A stretch of 64,000 nucleotides of DNA. Source: Schmidtea nova. Lineage: Eukaryota. A program made the translations under genes and the position numbers. Shown one piece after another: positions 49,601 to 62,369 of this stretch (positions within the stretch are counted from its first letter, which is position 1; each line of letters opens with the position of its first letter). The stretch is from NCBI GenBank assembly GCA_044892505.1, contig CM097882.1, forward strand, positions 25,482,001-25,546,000, in the 5' to 3' direction. The notes under the pieces were generated by a model that was not told the origin of the DNA, ran no database searches, and saw only the letters and a list, made by a program, of their open reading frames with translations.

Positions 49601-50407
49601 ATAAAATTATAAAAATATTACCGGTACGGGGTAATCGAACAGGCATGGTGTTCCATGACCCCGCGCCAACAAAAGAATAGGACTTACGAAATCAAAATTT
49701 ACAAGCTTCAAAAAATTTCACAAAATTCTTGACAGAAAAAATTTTTTCACAAATTCTGCACAAATTCTGAATAGATTCCATTTTGATGGCGGTATATATA
49801 CCGTCGATTTTCGTCACCTTCACCAGTGTAATAAAACAAATTGTTCTAGAATTTTCGATTTAATTTTTCTAAATTAATTCTAATGATTTTCCGAAAATTA
49901 AATCCATATTTTTGTGTAACAATTTTTTACAAAACACAAATAATTTATTTTAATCCAAAATTTTTATTTTTGAATCGAAATTTGTTCGATTTAATTTAAT
50001 TTACGATATTTCAATCAATATTAATTCTTTTTATTGTTAATGTGAAATATTTTGCTAAAATCACAATTTTCGGCTAAAATTCTGTTAATTCTTTCTGCAT
50101 GAAGGTTTTATAACACAATTCCGCTGTTTATGGGTATTTTCAATGGGTTTTCCGCCTTATTCTAACTTTTAAACGTTCTTCTTTTGATGGTATTTGATTT
50201 TTCTCGAGGTTTCCATGTAAGGGCTTTCAGACTCACAGCTAGCGCGTTCTCTACTGGTTGATGTGTTGTGAGTTCACTTCACCTTTTGTTGTTTTTCACT
50301 TAATTGCTTGGATTTTTAATGGGTTTTTGGGTTAAAACTGAATCTTGCGCGCTCTCTACCTATGGGGTTATCGTTTGTTTAAAACAATTTGTGGTTTTTG
50401 CCCAACA
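46689..50407 (-). repeat. 5' LTR (3719 bp)
   Basis: Direct repeat of 31060-34780, flanked internally by the PBS and externally by TSD GTAA. Confidence 0.95.
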
Positions 50408-50411
50408 GTAA

Positions 50412-53400
50412 TCAGTGAGCGTCGAAAATTCGAAACTATGATTGACCGAATATCTCCTGGGCCCAAGGGCTACCGATAGAAGGTTTAATGTCCATTTTGT
50501 CCCTCCTTCGACAATTTAACTGCAGATATCTAGTTTACATTAGCAAAATGAAATAATTTCATCGATAAAAATTTTGTTAATTTGTCCCAATCAATCATCA
50601 TACGCGGTATTGTCTCAAAACACAGGAGTTTTCGCGCATTCATTTTTTTCGCAAGCTCATGTTCAAACATATTATCGCAAACTCAATTCAGGGACCTAAA
50701 TCTCAACCAAACAACATATATTTTCGGGGATATTTGATCGCAATTATTTTAGTCTAAAAAATTATTAATTTAAAATTTTTCGATTTCTGTATTTTTCCCA
50801 TTTATCAAAAATCCAATTAAAGATTTTTAATCCCCTATACCTAGTGTCTATCTTGCTTTATATTTGTGATTTAAATTTTAATTAAAAATTTAACATCATA
50901 GCTTTTAAATTTTTGCCGCGGCCTTGACAACGGCAACGGTTACAGCTATTGTTAAAAAGGAAAACTTGGGTTTTTTAAACCTTAAAATTTTCCTGTAGAT
51001 AAAAGTGAGGAGATAGGGTATTTAATTTTAAACTACAAAATTAGGTTATTCCCAGCTCCTTTACCCCTCGAAACGGCAAATTTCGGTTTTAAATTTAAAC
51101 TATATAAGTGAATATCAAGATTAAACGATTTTCATTCGACGAATTCACTTTATACAACTTTTATCAATATAATGAGTATTGATTTCAGATTTATATTGGA
51201 GAATTCGATTTTACCTCGTGTAGGGATTCTATCTGGTAATTTATATTTATTTTCTTTCGAATTTATTTTTATATTTATTATTAAGGACTCACGCCTGTTT
51301 CGAAAATGTCTCATGATGCAAATATTTCGCAAGGGATTAGACTACAACAAAATTTACGGAAGACTATTTCATCAAATTCTTAAAGATGGAAAATTGTATC
51401 TTTCCGACTGATTTTCAAACCACTGGGAGATTTTCTCATTCCCTCGTCGTGGAATTCTACTAGAATGAGGATTCTCCTCTCATGGAATTCATTTATGCTA
51501 ACTGGAGTTTTCGCTCTTCATTTCGATCCACTGAACAAACAGTGGATCTGTTATCCATGGGAAAATTTGAATTTTCAAACGACTACAATTTTTTAAAGTG
51601 AAATATATGTTTTTCTGATTTTCAATTATTGTTGATGATGTGGATTTTTCCGATTTATGAATTAAAGCACCGATGGGAAATGTTAACGATAAAAATTTTT
51701 TAGGAGGGTACTGATAGAGTTTCAATAAAGAATAGGGTGTGTTGGAAAATTTTTGGTGAAGAATAAGTTTGGATTTCTACAACAGATAATTTTTCAAGGA
51801 ATACAAATTTAAAATTCAGATACCTCTGGGTGACTGTTGAAATTTTATGTGGGAATTACGATCTTGAGGAAATTAATGAAACTGTTTTAGATTACGACTT
51901 CCCTAAACTGAGATTACATGATCTCAATCTGTTGGTTTCATAAATCATTTTTTAAAGGGTATAATTGGACATAGAGTGTATTATTGATGGTATTAACAGC
52001 TTCCTGATAACTATAGCTGATTATATTTCTGTATGGGATCTTTGGGTGTAGCTTGCGGTATCTAAGATGTGGATGACTGAAGTAATGTGATTTGAATGTA
52101 TGCACGGTGGAATGAATGATCGTAGGTGACTGTATGTTGGATCGAATGTTGTATGAAATAGGAAATTCAATGATTGATGAGATGAAGTGATTTGTATGAA
52201 TGTATGGATTTTCATGTAGATTGTTGATTGCAAGTTTGTGTGTATGTACACTATTGTAAATTTAAGATGAATGTCCTATTGTTGTGAACGTAGGTGATGG
52301 TGTGTTGGGTGAAATAAGTAATGATGGATGTGAATACTTGTACAAATTCTGGATGTATGATGCAAACAACTGTCGTTAAATGAAACAATGTTGTGTATGT
52401 TGGTGAATGGATGTAGTGGCTATTGTAGGGTCTAGTATAGGAGATCTTATTGATTGAAATGTGGTAGTATGTGTATTGTATTTAACTAAATGTTGCATGC
52501 GGTATTGTATGGATGGTGTTAACGAGTGTGATGTATGTATTGTTTTGCAAATATGGATGTATTATGATTTTGTGATATCGTGGGGGGGGTATTTTATAAA
52601 AAACTATATATTTGTATATAAAATATTTTTAGGAGTAAAATAATAATAATAATAATTTTACAATTCCTTTTACAAAATTCCAAATTTACAATTTTATAAA
52701 AGTTATTTAATAATAAAATTTCAAATTTTTATAATATAAATTTTTGAATTCAAATTTTTATATTCTAAAGATATACATATATATTAATTGTAAATTTCCC
52801 TACGAAATTTCAATTTTAGAATTTTATAAAATAATAAAAATTAATAATAATAAATTTTTTGGCTTATAATTTTCATGTATTCCAATATAAGGTTTGATAT
52901 AAGAATTTCTAGGAAAAAATTTTGATTTATAATTTTTATATTATAATTTTTACACAACATAGTATTTTTATTTTTATAACCGAATCTAAAAATTCTATAA
53001 GATTTATACAATAATAAAAAATTTTTATTCGCAAATTCAACAATCTAAATATTTCAATAAATAAAAGAATTTATATTAAATTATCTTTAAAAAATAAATT
53101 ATAAATTTTTAAAAAATTATTTCCAATCATATATGAACTTCTGAAATAAAATATATATAAAATTCGAGACGGTTCTCTTGGCGATCTCTGCACCTCTTAG
53201 AAGTTTTTACCAATGATGTTTACGGTTTGGTAAATATTCAATGAACTATTATCGAGCATAATCAGTAAGCATTATTTTAATATAACATTTTTGCTATTCT
53301 TCGAGTGGTCATTTATGATCCTTTATACATTTGACTTTCCGATCGATATTGCAAATTCTTTCCTAATGAAGTAAAGACGACGTTTATGGAGCGAAGACGA

Positions 53401-54795
53401 ATAACGAGCTGTGTGTTTTATACTAATAAGTTTGATGGAAATAAAGATAACACTGGACGAATTGACGTTGATTTTCATCAAGATATAAAATCTTAATTTA
53501 CTGTATGTTGTAAAATATAATTCAAATAAAAATACATTAATATAAATTGGTGATCATTAATATGAAAAACCTTGCCCTTGGCCAAGCAACTGTTCCCCAG
53601 TTGGGATGAAGTGATCATGGATGTTTGGGCGTATCACCCGAAGTCGGAAAAATGGACTGATCAATTAAGAATCGAACAGCGATCCTCTCAGGCTACTTTC
53701 AGCCGTACGGCTCAAGGCCTGAACGGATGTCAGAGGGTATGGAAGAGGTTTTAATGAAATACATAAATATATATATGATAAATAACAATAACATGATATT
53801 AGTAACTGAGAAAATGCGACGAAATTTAATAAAAGTTTAAATATAAAAATTATAATTTTCATAAAAGAAACATAAAATATCATATAGTACACATAGATTA
53901 AGGTTAAAATAAGGAAAAATACCTAGGCCGGGTAGCGAGTGCATGATTTTGTGGGCCTTTATAATTTGGAAACAAAATCAAGTTTCTTACGAATAATTCG
54001 ATTCACGACCACAAATAATCTTCTTTCGTAATATTCTGGTAGAGTCACACTCGTATACTAGTAGTAAGAGATTTTTGTTAAAATTTCCCTGCTAAAAAGC
54101 TCAAAATTTTTAGCAACAAAATTCCTCCACAAATCCTTTGCAAAATAGCATTAAATGTCTCCATTTTGATGGCGGTATTTTAATATAAAATTTTCTGCAT
54201 TTTTAATTCCATTGAGGTATTAAAACAAATCGTTCTAGAAGGAGTTTTTAATTTTCTTGAAATTAATTTCAACAATTTTCCGCAAAACTAAATTAATAAT
54301 TTTACATCAAATTTTCATAAAACTTTAAATAATTTCTTTTTAATCCAAAATTTTACTTTTGAATTAAAGTTTATTCTAATTTGATTTAATTTGTTGTAAT
54401 TTCGATCAAAATCATTTTCTTTTATATTTTTACGAATTTTTAAGATAAAATCGTAATCTTCCTTCTGCAAACATGCTAAATTTCCACAACCGAGGTTTCA
54501 TATCATGAATGCGTTCTCCACGTGCATATTCGCTGTGTTTTTGTCTATTCTAGCTTTTTAGACTTGCTTTTTTTAACCATTTTGATTTTTCCTTGATGTT
54601 TTGATTAAAGGACTTTAAATTAGAATCTTGCGCGCTCTCTACTTGTTAATGCACTTTGGTCCACTTTAATATTTAGGTGTGTTTTCACTTAACTACTACG
54701 ATTTTACTCTATGCTTAGGTTAAATTAGAATCTTGCGCGCTCTCTACTTGTTGTGTTACCGATTCATTTAAACGATTTGCAGTTTTTGCCCAACA
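50412..54795 (-). mobile_element. Remainder of the older, diverged LTR of the same family (~4.5 kb in total with 30918-31055)
   Basis: Resumes TCAGTGAGCGTCG...gggcccaagggctaccgatagaagg exactly where the left piece stops. Homologous blocks at ~52470-52620, 53570-53750, 54160-54200 and 54620-54795; ends CCCAACA. Confidence 0.85.
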
Positions 54796-56169
54796 CAACC
54801 AATACCGCAACACAAATGTTGTCTACTTCACCCATGTACCCATAGTTACTCCTCGGTAAGTTTTGTTGGTAATGTACACGGTGACGAGAATCCAGTGAGC
54901 AGGTGAGCTTCGTTGCCGAAACTACTCCTCAATGTATCCTCTTTTTCGGGTTCTCGTTGCCAATAGAAGGTCTTAAGCGTCTAACTACTCTCTATTTCCT
55001 TAGGTCCTCAAATTCTATATCCCCGCGCTATTTTATTACCACCAAAATCACTACCTCTTTATCCTAAAACAATTCTAATAACACTCCGAAATAGCAATTT
55101 TTCCCCTCGCCGTATTATATAATTTAATAATACAACGGTCCGGAGGAACCAATCATTCGGCCCAAACAGCTCCTAACCATCGAAGTCATCGGGACTGGTG
55201 AGTCAACCGAGGTTCTCCTATATTCAGCTTAATTGGGACAAATCAATTTGAACAAAGCAAATTTATCGTTAAAATAAAATATTTATAATTGATTAAAATT
55301 TACAAAAATGCAGTTACAAATGAAGCATGATAATTACAACAAACTCTAAAAGAATACACAAAAAACATACTTGTTACTGATGTACCACACAATCCAATAG
55401 AAAATTACTAACTGGTGCTGGCTGGCAGAATTGAAAATCGTGAATTAACGCGCTACTCTGTTCAAAATGTACTCAAGTGTATCAAAAGTGATTCAAGCTC
55501 GTGTTAAATTATGATTTTTCAGGGTCTATTTACACTATTTTTTGTGTGACTCTTAGTCATTGTTCATTAAAACAAGAATGTTTAAAATTTAATTCATATA
55601 TTTAGTTTTATATTTAACTTATTTATTTTTATAAATGATTTATTTATTTATTTTCCTTAAATTTAATTTTATAATTTATTTTATTTATTCCTAAATATTT
55701 AATTTTAATTTTATTAAATAATGTGTGTATTCATATTTTAAGCGCGTTAATTGATTGATTAAAACAATCATATTTAATTTCAATTTAATTTCCATGCTTA
55801 TCTCCGTTATTTCTTTAAGATTTTTAATGGGGATTTTTTCTTTAATTTTTAATAAATTATTATCTTTATTTTGATACTAGTTTTATTCTTTGATCATACT
55901 TTTTATTACCAATAATTTCCCCTATTCAATTCTCGTGCGGTCTTTTGTATGTAAATTTGACCTACGCTCAAATTGTGTGCTCTCCTTTGAGATTTCTCTT
56001 TTCATCGTTTCTCCTTAACTCGACCGATTTATGGAAAGCGGTTCGTATGACTACTATTTATGCTTTCATATCCTATATTTTTCCTGCTATTTTCCAGTTT
56101 AATTTTCTTATGAGTTAACGTGTTAATTTAATTTTATTTTGATGTATTAAAACAAAATCTAGACTTTAA

Positions 56170-56345
56170 TTCTACCAGCCCAACAAAACATTAGTTGACC
56201 ATATTGTTGCTCGCTACAATGTAACGTTGGCACTGCAACAAATGGGTGGACATTCGTTAAATATGAGCGTCGAATAAATTGAAATTATAATTGAATGTCA
56301 CGGGGGGGTTCATTGGCGACTGATAGGAGGTATAATGTCAGTTTT
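56170..56345. mobile_element. Further diverged fragment of the same LTR terminus (a weaker match also at ~54860-54975)
   Basis: tacaatgtaacgttggcactgcaacaaatgggtggacattcg...tgagcgtcgaa resembles 31017-31055 joined to 50412 onward. Confidence 0.7.
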
Positions 56346-56754
56346 GTTTGACGGGCGTGTCGGAGTGCGTGTGAATTAGTGCGATAAAGCTTGTTGCCAA
56401 ATAAAATTAAATGTATCAGATTTGTCAGATTCATAGTCGTTCAATAGATTATTATTTCATCTGTTATTTTTTAACATGGAGTTATATTACTAGTCAATTG
56501 ATAAAAATTTCAATTTACAATTAAAAAAACTTATGAATTAAAAAAACTTATTTTGATTTTTAAAACTTATTAGAAGTTAGAAAACCTTTTTTGTAATAAT
56601 AAAAATTGTTTTTGATTTTTTGAGTGTTTTAATACACCATATACTTGTTTATTTAATTGAGTGCTATTGTAACTTTTTAAAAAATATAAATATATCCAGT
56701 TGAATTTGAAATTCAAGTTTCTGTTCTTGTTAAACATTGTTTTAAATTGACATT

Positions 56755-57200
56755 TCCGTCCAAAAATTCGATCTTGATTTACTAGAAACTCTTTGCAAAC
56801 AAGATATTAGCTAAAATGTAATATGTACACCACTGATCAATTACATGGCATTGGAAATGAAGATTTATGGGACCAAAGGCAATTCAATTGAAATGATGAA
56901 AATAATCCATTGGGATCAGTCTAATTGTGAATCATTTCATCAACAATGGTCGGAGTGCATTAAAACTAGTAATGTCGATGAGGAAGACGACGGAAAAATC
57001 CGAGTGTCAAATAAGTTATTTCTGGAAAACAAATATCATTTGCTAGAATCGTATGTGAATGCGGTCGATAAATTTTATAGTGCCGCAATTGAGAAAATGG
57101 ATTTCCAATCGAATCCTGACAAATTCTGCCGAGATATTAACAGAAAAGACGTTTATTTTTTTCTTTTGATGTGTGTTCTATACTCGTTTAATATTTCAAA
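56755..57200 (+). pseudogene. Serpin pseudogene (N-terminal third)
   Basis: SVQKFDLDLLETLCKQDIS*NVICTPLINYMALEMKIYGTKGNS...IRVSNKLFLENKYHLLESYVNAVDKFYSAAIEKMDFQSNPDKFCRDIN follows the serpin hA-s6B-hB...s2A-hE-s1A-hF pattern. In-frame TAA at 56812-56814; ILV*YFKC resembles s3A LVNAIYFKG. Confidence 0.65.
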
Positions 57201-57539
57201 TGTCATGGGCGAAATGCCACATACTTTGGAGAAGACTGGCCGTCTTTTCTGTACTCGAGTAATAGAGCATTATCAATTTGGAATTATAGATTTTGTTTTC
57301 AATCATTCTGTTGTTTATAAATATGAAAATATTTATAAATATTCTTAAAAAAATATTTTTTTATAAAAAAGAGAATATTATATTTTTAAGATTTATTTAC
57401 TTAAATTAAAAAATTTTTAATCGTTTTAAATTTTTTGACTATTTTATAAAATTTATAAAATACATTTTATTAAAAAATGATTATTAATTTGTTTGATAAA
57501 TCATTTGATTTGATTTATATTTGAATGGATGATTGAGTA

Positions 57540-57580
57540 GCACCTGATGAAGAGAATTAAGTTCTCGAAATATATTGTGC
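57540..57580 (+). ncRNA. Minimal type-I hammerhead ribozyme (Penelope-type)
   Basis: GCAC-CTGATGA-A-GAGAA(TTAAG)TTCTC-GAAA-TATA-TT-GTGC: stem I GCAC/GTGC, intact core, 5-bp stem II, palindromic ATATAT stem III. Confidence 0.7.
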
Positions 57581-57614
57581 AGTATTGGCGTTTGTTTTTA
57601 ACTTATATCAGATA

Positions 57615-59493
57615 CGGGCCCCGCGCCAGGAATGAATCAATGGGGAGCAATTACTGAAACTGGTGGGGCAACCCCTTAAATTTTAAATTACAAATAAAAT
57701 ACGGTCCTATCGACATTTGTCTTATTGTCTGTGAGTATCATCCTATATTTATCATCATATTTAGAACCCTTTGCTCATCTATGTATCAAATATTGATAGA
57801 TAAAAGCCAATATTGGTATATTCTACTTTAACAATACAAAAATATAAAAAACACATGCAGCATGTGTTCAACAGCAGTATAAAAGCAGGCTTTACAAAAT
57901 TAGACGCCGACTACTCTCCTGAAACAATGGTAGAACATATTCGCAACTGACGAGCTTCGATACTTCCTTCTCTTAAGCTAACAACGCCAGGTCTAGTTTT
58001 CTTTGCACAGCCTTGCACTTTCAGTAGGGCGACATTAAATGCGTCAATATTGAGAATGTTGCTTCACATGTTACTGTGGAAGCCGGCAACAGAAGAGAGC
58101 AACAGATAAGGTGATAAAAGTGTGGGAATGCATCTCTGTAATTTGACAGGAATGAAGCAAGAACATCTAATTTTTTTGAATTGGCAAAAGATGATTTGTT
58201 AATTTGCTCTTTCGCGACGACAATCTCAGCAGTCAGAGATTTGTCAGTAAATTTCTTATCACTTGCAGCTACAAGACTTTCCAATGGTTCAATCTTTTGT
58301 TCCTGAAGGAAACTGTCTTTGTTACCAGGTAATAGTGCATCCAGCGCCGCAATCAAATCACAGTTTGATTTGGAAAAACGTGTCTATAATTCATTAATTA
58401 CTTCATCCAAAATCTTGAAAAACACTTGACATTTGCCATTTTGCATGGAATTATTTTCGTCTTCGCAATCTTCATTACTCAACGTGCTCATAATAAGGCT
58501 GCAGTTAAGTCTTTCAGGAATCTTGCGTGACCGATTTTGTAGAGGTTGAGGAATTAAGGAATATTCCTGAACTTTTGCTAACAAATCCTGCATTTCATGT
58601 GAAGTATTCTTAGCATTAGCAGGTATCGTTTGAGAAATCTCGTTCAATTTGGGATCAATATCAAGCATGTATTCACACATTTGAAGAAATTTCCCACTAT
58701 TTACATGTCCCAACGCTTCAACATCTCCACGCGAAGTCAGCTCATTAACAGCTATCCATTTTGCAATTTTAACAAGCGCACCAAAATAATATCTGTTTCG
58801 CTCAATTCGGATAGATCGCAATTGTTCACCTATTGTTTTGCCTTGCTTTTCTCTCATCTGCTTTTCTTGCCAACATTTCATCGCATTTAAATGAACTTCT
58901 GAACTCTCGTGTTTACTTAAGCCATTCTTTTGATCTGTAGCACTTTCCCAATTAGAGTAGTCAGTTACAGTAAAAGTGTCTACATTTTCATCAGAACAAT
59001 GTGCGAATTTCCGGCAAGCAAAACAAAAGCACTTATCTGATTTGCTCGAATACTCCAACCAAGGATGACTAGAACACCACTTTGATTGAAACGAACGATT
59101 TACTCCTTGTATTTTGGTTACTGGGTAATTTCGTTTAAGAGGTTGCATTAGTTTGTCATCGCCAAGGTCTTTCGGAGGAATTTTTGATAAAGATGTGAAA
59201 CCTACGAAAAAGGCATAAAGGCGATAAAGCTCATATAATGTTACTCACCGTTTGCAATTTTGCCCTGTTGGCCTGCTTGATTTGCTTGAGCATGAGAAGT
59301 TTGACCAGAAGAAGCAACTGAAGACGTGGTCCCCACACGAATCGAACAAGAACAGTAATCCAGCAATATTTTTGTTCCTTTGACATCTGGTTTATCCAAA
59401 GCAACACGTTAACATTTTATTTTTATTTTTGGGGGGCATTTTCCTTTTCAAGAGGGGCATTGCCTCCAAATGCCCCCCGTGGCGCCGGGCCCG
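57615..59493 (-). mobile_element. Internally deleted hAT (Tip100/ZMYM1-like) element, 1879 bp
   Basis: TIRs CGGGCCCCGCGCCAGG / CCGTGGCGCCGGGCCCG; flanks ATCAGATA / ATCAAATA (7/8). Contains a TTF-type Zn finger (RSFQSKW...WLEYS...CFCFACRKF) and a dimerisation remnant (LPASTVTCEATFS); the DDE core is missing. Confidence 0.88.
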
Positions 59494-60339
59494 ATCAAAT
59501 ACCTCGTTGTCTTTATCATTCAAAAATGAAATTCGGTGCATAAACAACTTAGAGTTGAACCTATCTTTATATGGCTGTAAAAAATTTGATTAAATTCTAT
59601 ACCTCGAATCAGGTTCGAGTTATTATGTCATATTTGACACAGCTCCAGTGTCATGCTAAACTGAAATTTTGCTGAATTAAAATCAATTACGCATAAAAAT
59701 CCCGTCGAAAAAATGTATTATATAATTTAATTCTATTATAAAATGTCTTTAATCTGACATAAAGATTAAAGGGAACAAAACACTACATAGAATTATTGTC
59801 ATATATCGATATCTTGTGAAAATAAAGGTAGAAAAGAGTCATCTTCAGTGTCACCAGAATTGACATAAAAATCCGAGTGTGGGGTTTAGTCCATTTTCGA
59901 AACGATCATATAAAATTCCATGCCTGAGATGAAGATGAAGAAATTGTTCAGGTGGAAGATAAATCACTAGAGGGAAAATCCATTTTGTCGATAGGAGAGC
60001 AAGCGAATTATTTCCACGCAATGAGAAATCCACACCATTGAGAGATGGGAACGACGATTGATTCAAATATCCAGTAGGTGAATTCACATGTAATCGTGAG
60101 CCATTTGCTTAGAGTTTGCTTCTCTACCGCCGTTTTGTTTAAATAAAGTAAATTAATAATTATTTTTTTTGGCGCAATTTTTGAATTTTACCGCATTTTT
60201 TTTTGAATTTTAGTTTAAATTTTTTGTCGCAATTTTTTGAATTTAAGCGTCATTTTGTTTAATCAAAGTAAATTTTTAGCGAAATTTTCAAAAGTTTTAA
60301 ATAATTTTTTTTTTTTTAATTTTATTTATTATTTTTTTT

Positions 60340-60612
60340 ATTACTAATAATATTTTATAAGTATTATTTTTTATTAATATTTTAGAAGTATTATTTTATT
60401 TAATATTATTTTTATTACTAATAATATTTTATAAGTATTATTATTTTATTTAATATTATTTTTATTACAATTATTATTATAATTATTATAATAATTATTA
60501 TTATTATTAAAATTATCCAATGTATTATTATTATTATTAAAATTATCCAATGTATTATTATTATTACTTTTATTATTATTATTACTATTATTATTATTAT
60601 TATTATTATTAA
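60340..60612. repeat. (TAT/AAT)n microsatellite with local duplications
   Basis: Direct reading of the sequence. Confidence 0.85.
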
Positions 60613-62369
60613 TATCTATCAAGGAAAGAGAAGACAAGATGAAGAACAAGTGCTTAATATTGCCAGTCTTAAAGAGCAGTGATTAAATGCCTGTGCTTAA
60701 AAGACACGCTGGGCAAGTAATCGCGTCCACAAGGGTCGTCTGTGCCTCCCCCAAAGTGGGGTCAATAGGACCTGGGCATCAATAGTTCACTATCTATAGC
60801 GATCATGTCTAGGATAATCAAGGGTAGCCAGCTACCAAGACATCACCCACAACGTAGTGTTTCATACGCCATGAATGTGCCGGCAAGATATCGTCATAGA
60901 CACTATGACCGAATTTAATTAATATGTTGTCAAAAATAAGCAAACATCGCAGAGGCCTCCAATTTGGTTGGATTACGGTCGCCCACCACAACGACTGGCA
61001 TGTTTCAAAAAATAAAGGGTGAAAACGAAACCCACCCACCCTAATATATTTTAAAATAAAAAACAAATAAAATTTTTCTCTTCTTTTTGTCATCAAGCGT
61101 CTAGTTTTATCTAAAATTAATAAATAATTAAAAATAAAAATAAATTACCATTTCTAGAGGTTTCTCCCTGCCCGTTGAAATAATTATCTAAAATAAAAGT
61201 TTAAATTAATATCGAAGTTGTTTTAATTAATTGTTTGTACTGAAATATATTTATTTAAAAAAAAACTATTACTAATTTAACTAAACATTATTTAAATTAT
61301 TAGTTTACACTGAAATACAAAATGTTTTCTAAAATAATTACTTAAAGTTAAATTAATCTTGTTTAAATTATTTATTTTCCTTAAACTGCGGAAATTTAAA
61401 ATATTTATAAAAAGTTAATTTAAAATTATTATTAAGTTTAATTATTATAAAATTTACTAATTAAATTTGTTTTAATTCATTGTTTGCATTAAAATGTGTT
61501 TATTTAAAAATAATAACAAAATTTACTAAAATACTAAATTAAATTAGCAAAACTAAAAATAAATTGTTTTGATTAATAATTTTCCTAAGTGTGGAAATTT
61601 AATAAAATAAAAAGTCAATTTAAAATTACTGCTAAGATTAATTATTATTAAATTGACTAATGCAATTTGTTGTGATAATAATTCCCTTAAAAATGTAAAA
61701 ATTTAAACTTTAATTATTAAAATTAACTAAAATATTACACAAAGAAATTTAATTACTTTAAAATAAAAATACTTACATAACCAAATTTTACATTTGTTTC
61801 TCCATATATTAAAATACCTAAATTATCTAAATTAAAAATATATTTATAAATAAAAAATAAACTTACAATTATCCAATTTCATTTAAAATAACATTTAAAT
61901 AAAAAGTAATTAATTAGTTAAAAATTAAAAGATTTCTTACTATTAATTTTGAATTTCATCTAAAATAAAATAATTAATTTGAAATAATAAAACAAAAAGA
62001 CTTACTTGAATTATTTATTATTTAAAAAGTTTTTACTTAAACTTTGCATTAAACTAAATTAATGTTTCAGCCAAAGTTTGCGTGTAGCAAACTTTGGCTT
62101 TCTGCCTTTTTCGTTATCGCGTCGTGTGCGTGTTAAATGTGTCTTATCAGCGTCTGTGTGCGCTGCGAATGGCTTTTGTCAGCGTCTGTGTGCGCATTCA
62201 TATTGAACTTGGTTTAATTGGAGTTATTTTGGATATGTAATTTGTAATTTGGAGATTTGGTCAGGAAAAGGATTTCAATTGGCAAGACGGGCAGAGTAAC
62301 TTCAAGGCGTCTGAAAAGGTTGTCAATAGAAAGTACCCACGTCCTCAAAGTGAACTGCGACATTTTCCT

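Larger units (their letters stand above)
31060..50407 (-). mobile_element. Young 19.3-kb LTR retroelement (gypsy-like termini) with no visible pol, carrying cargo ORFs
   Basis: Two near-identical LTRs with termini TG...CA (TGGTGGG...CCCAACA), 4-bp TSD GTAA (31056-31059 and 50408-50411), PBS next to the right LTR, all long ORFs on the minus strand. Confidence 0.92.

Noticed and set aside
31060-50407. The 3.7-kb direct repeat as a segmental duplication or assembly artefact
   Set aside because: The boundaries fall exactly on TG...CA with a 4-bp TSD and an adjacent PBS, and they split an older homologous LTR. Residual risk remains because the assembly is gapped.
53572-53754. 60-aa ORF in the conserved LTR island
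   Set aside because: The young LTR version has a stop and several frameshifting indels, so the conservation is not at protein level.
59850-61060. GC-richer blocks with ORFs 59851-60087 and 60818-61096
   Set aside because: No recognisable domain, termini or TSD; probably old TE fragments.
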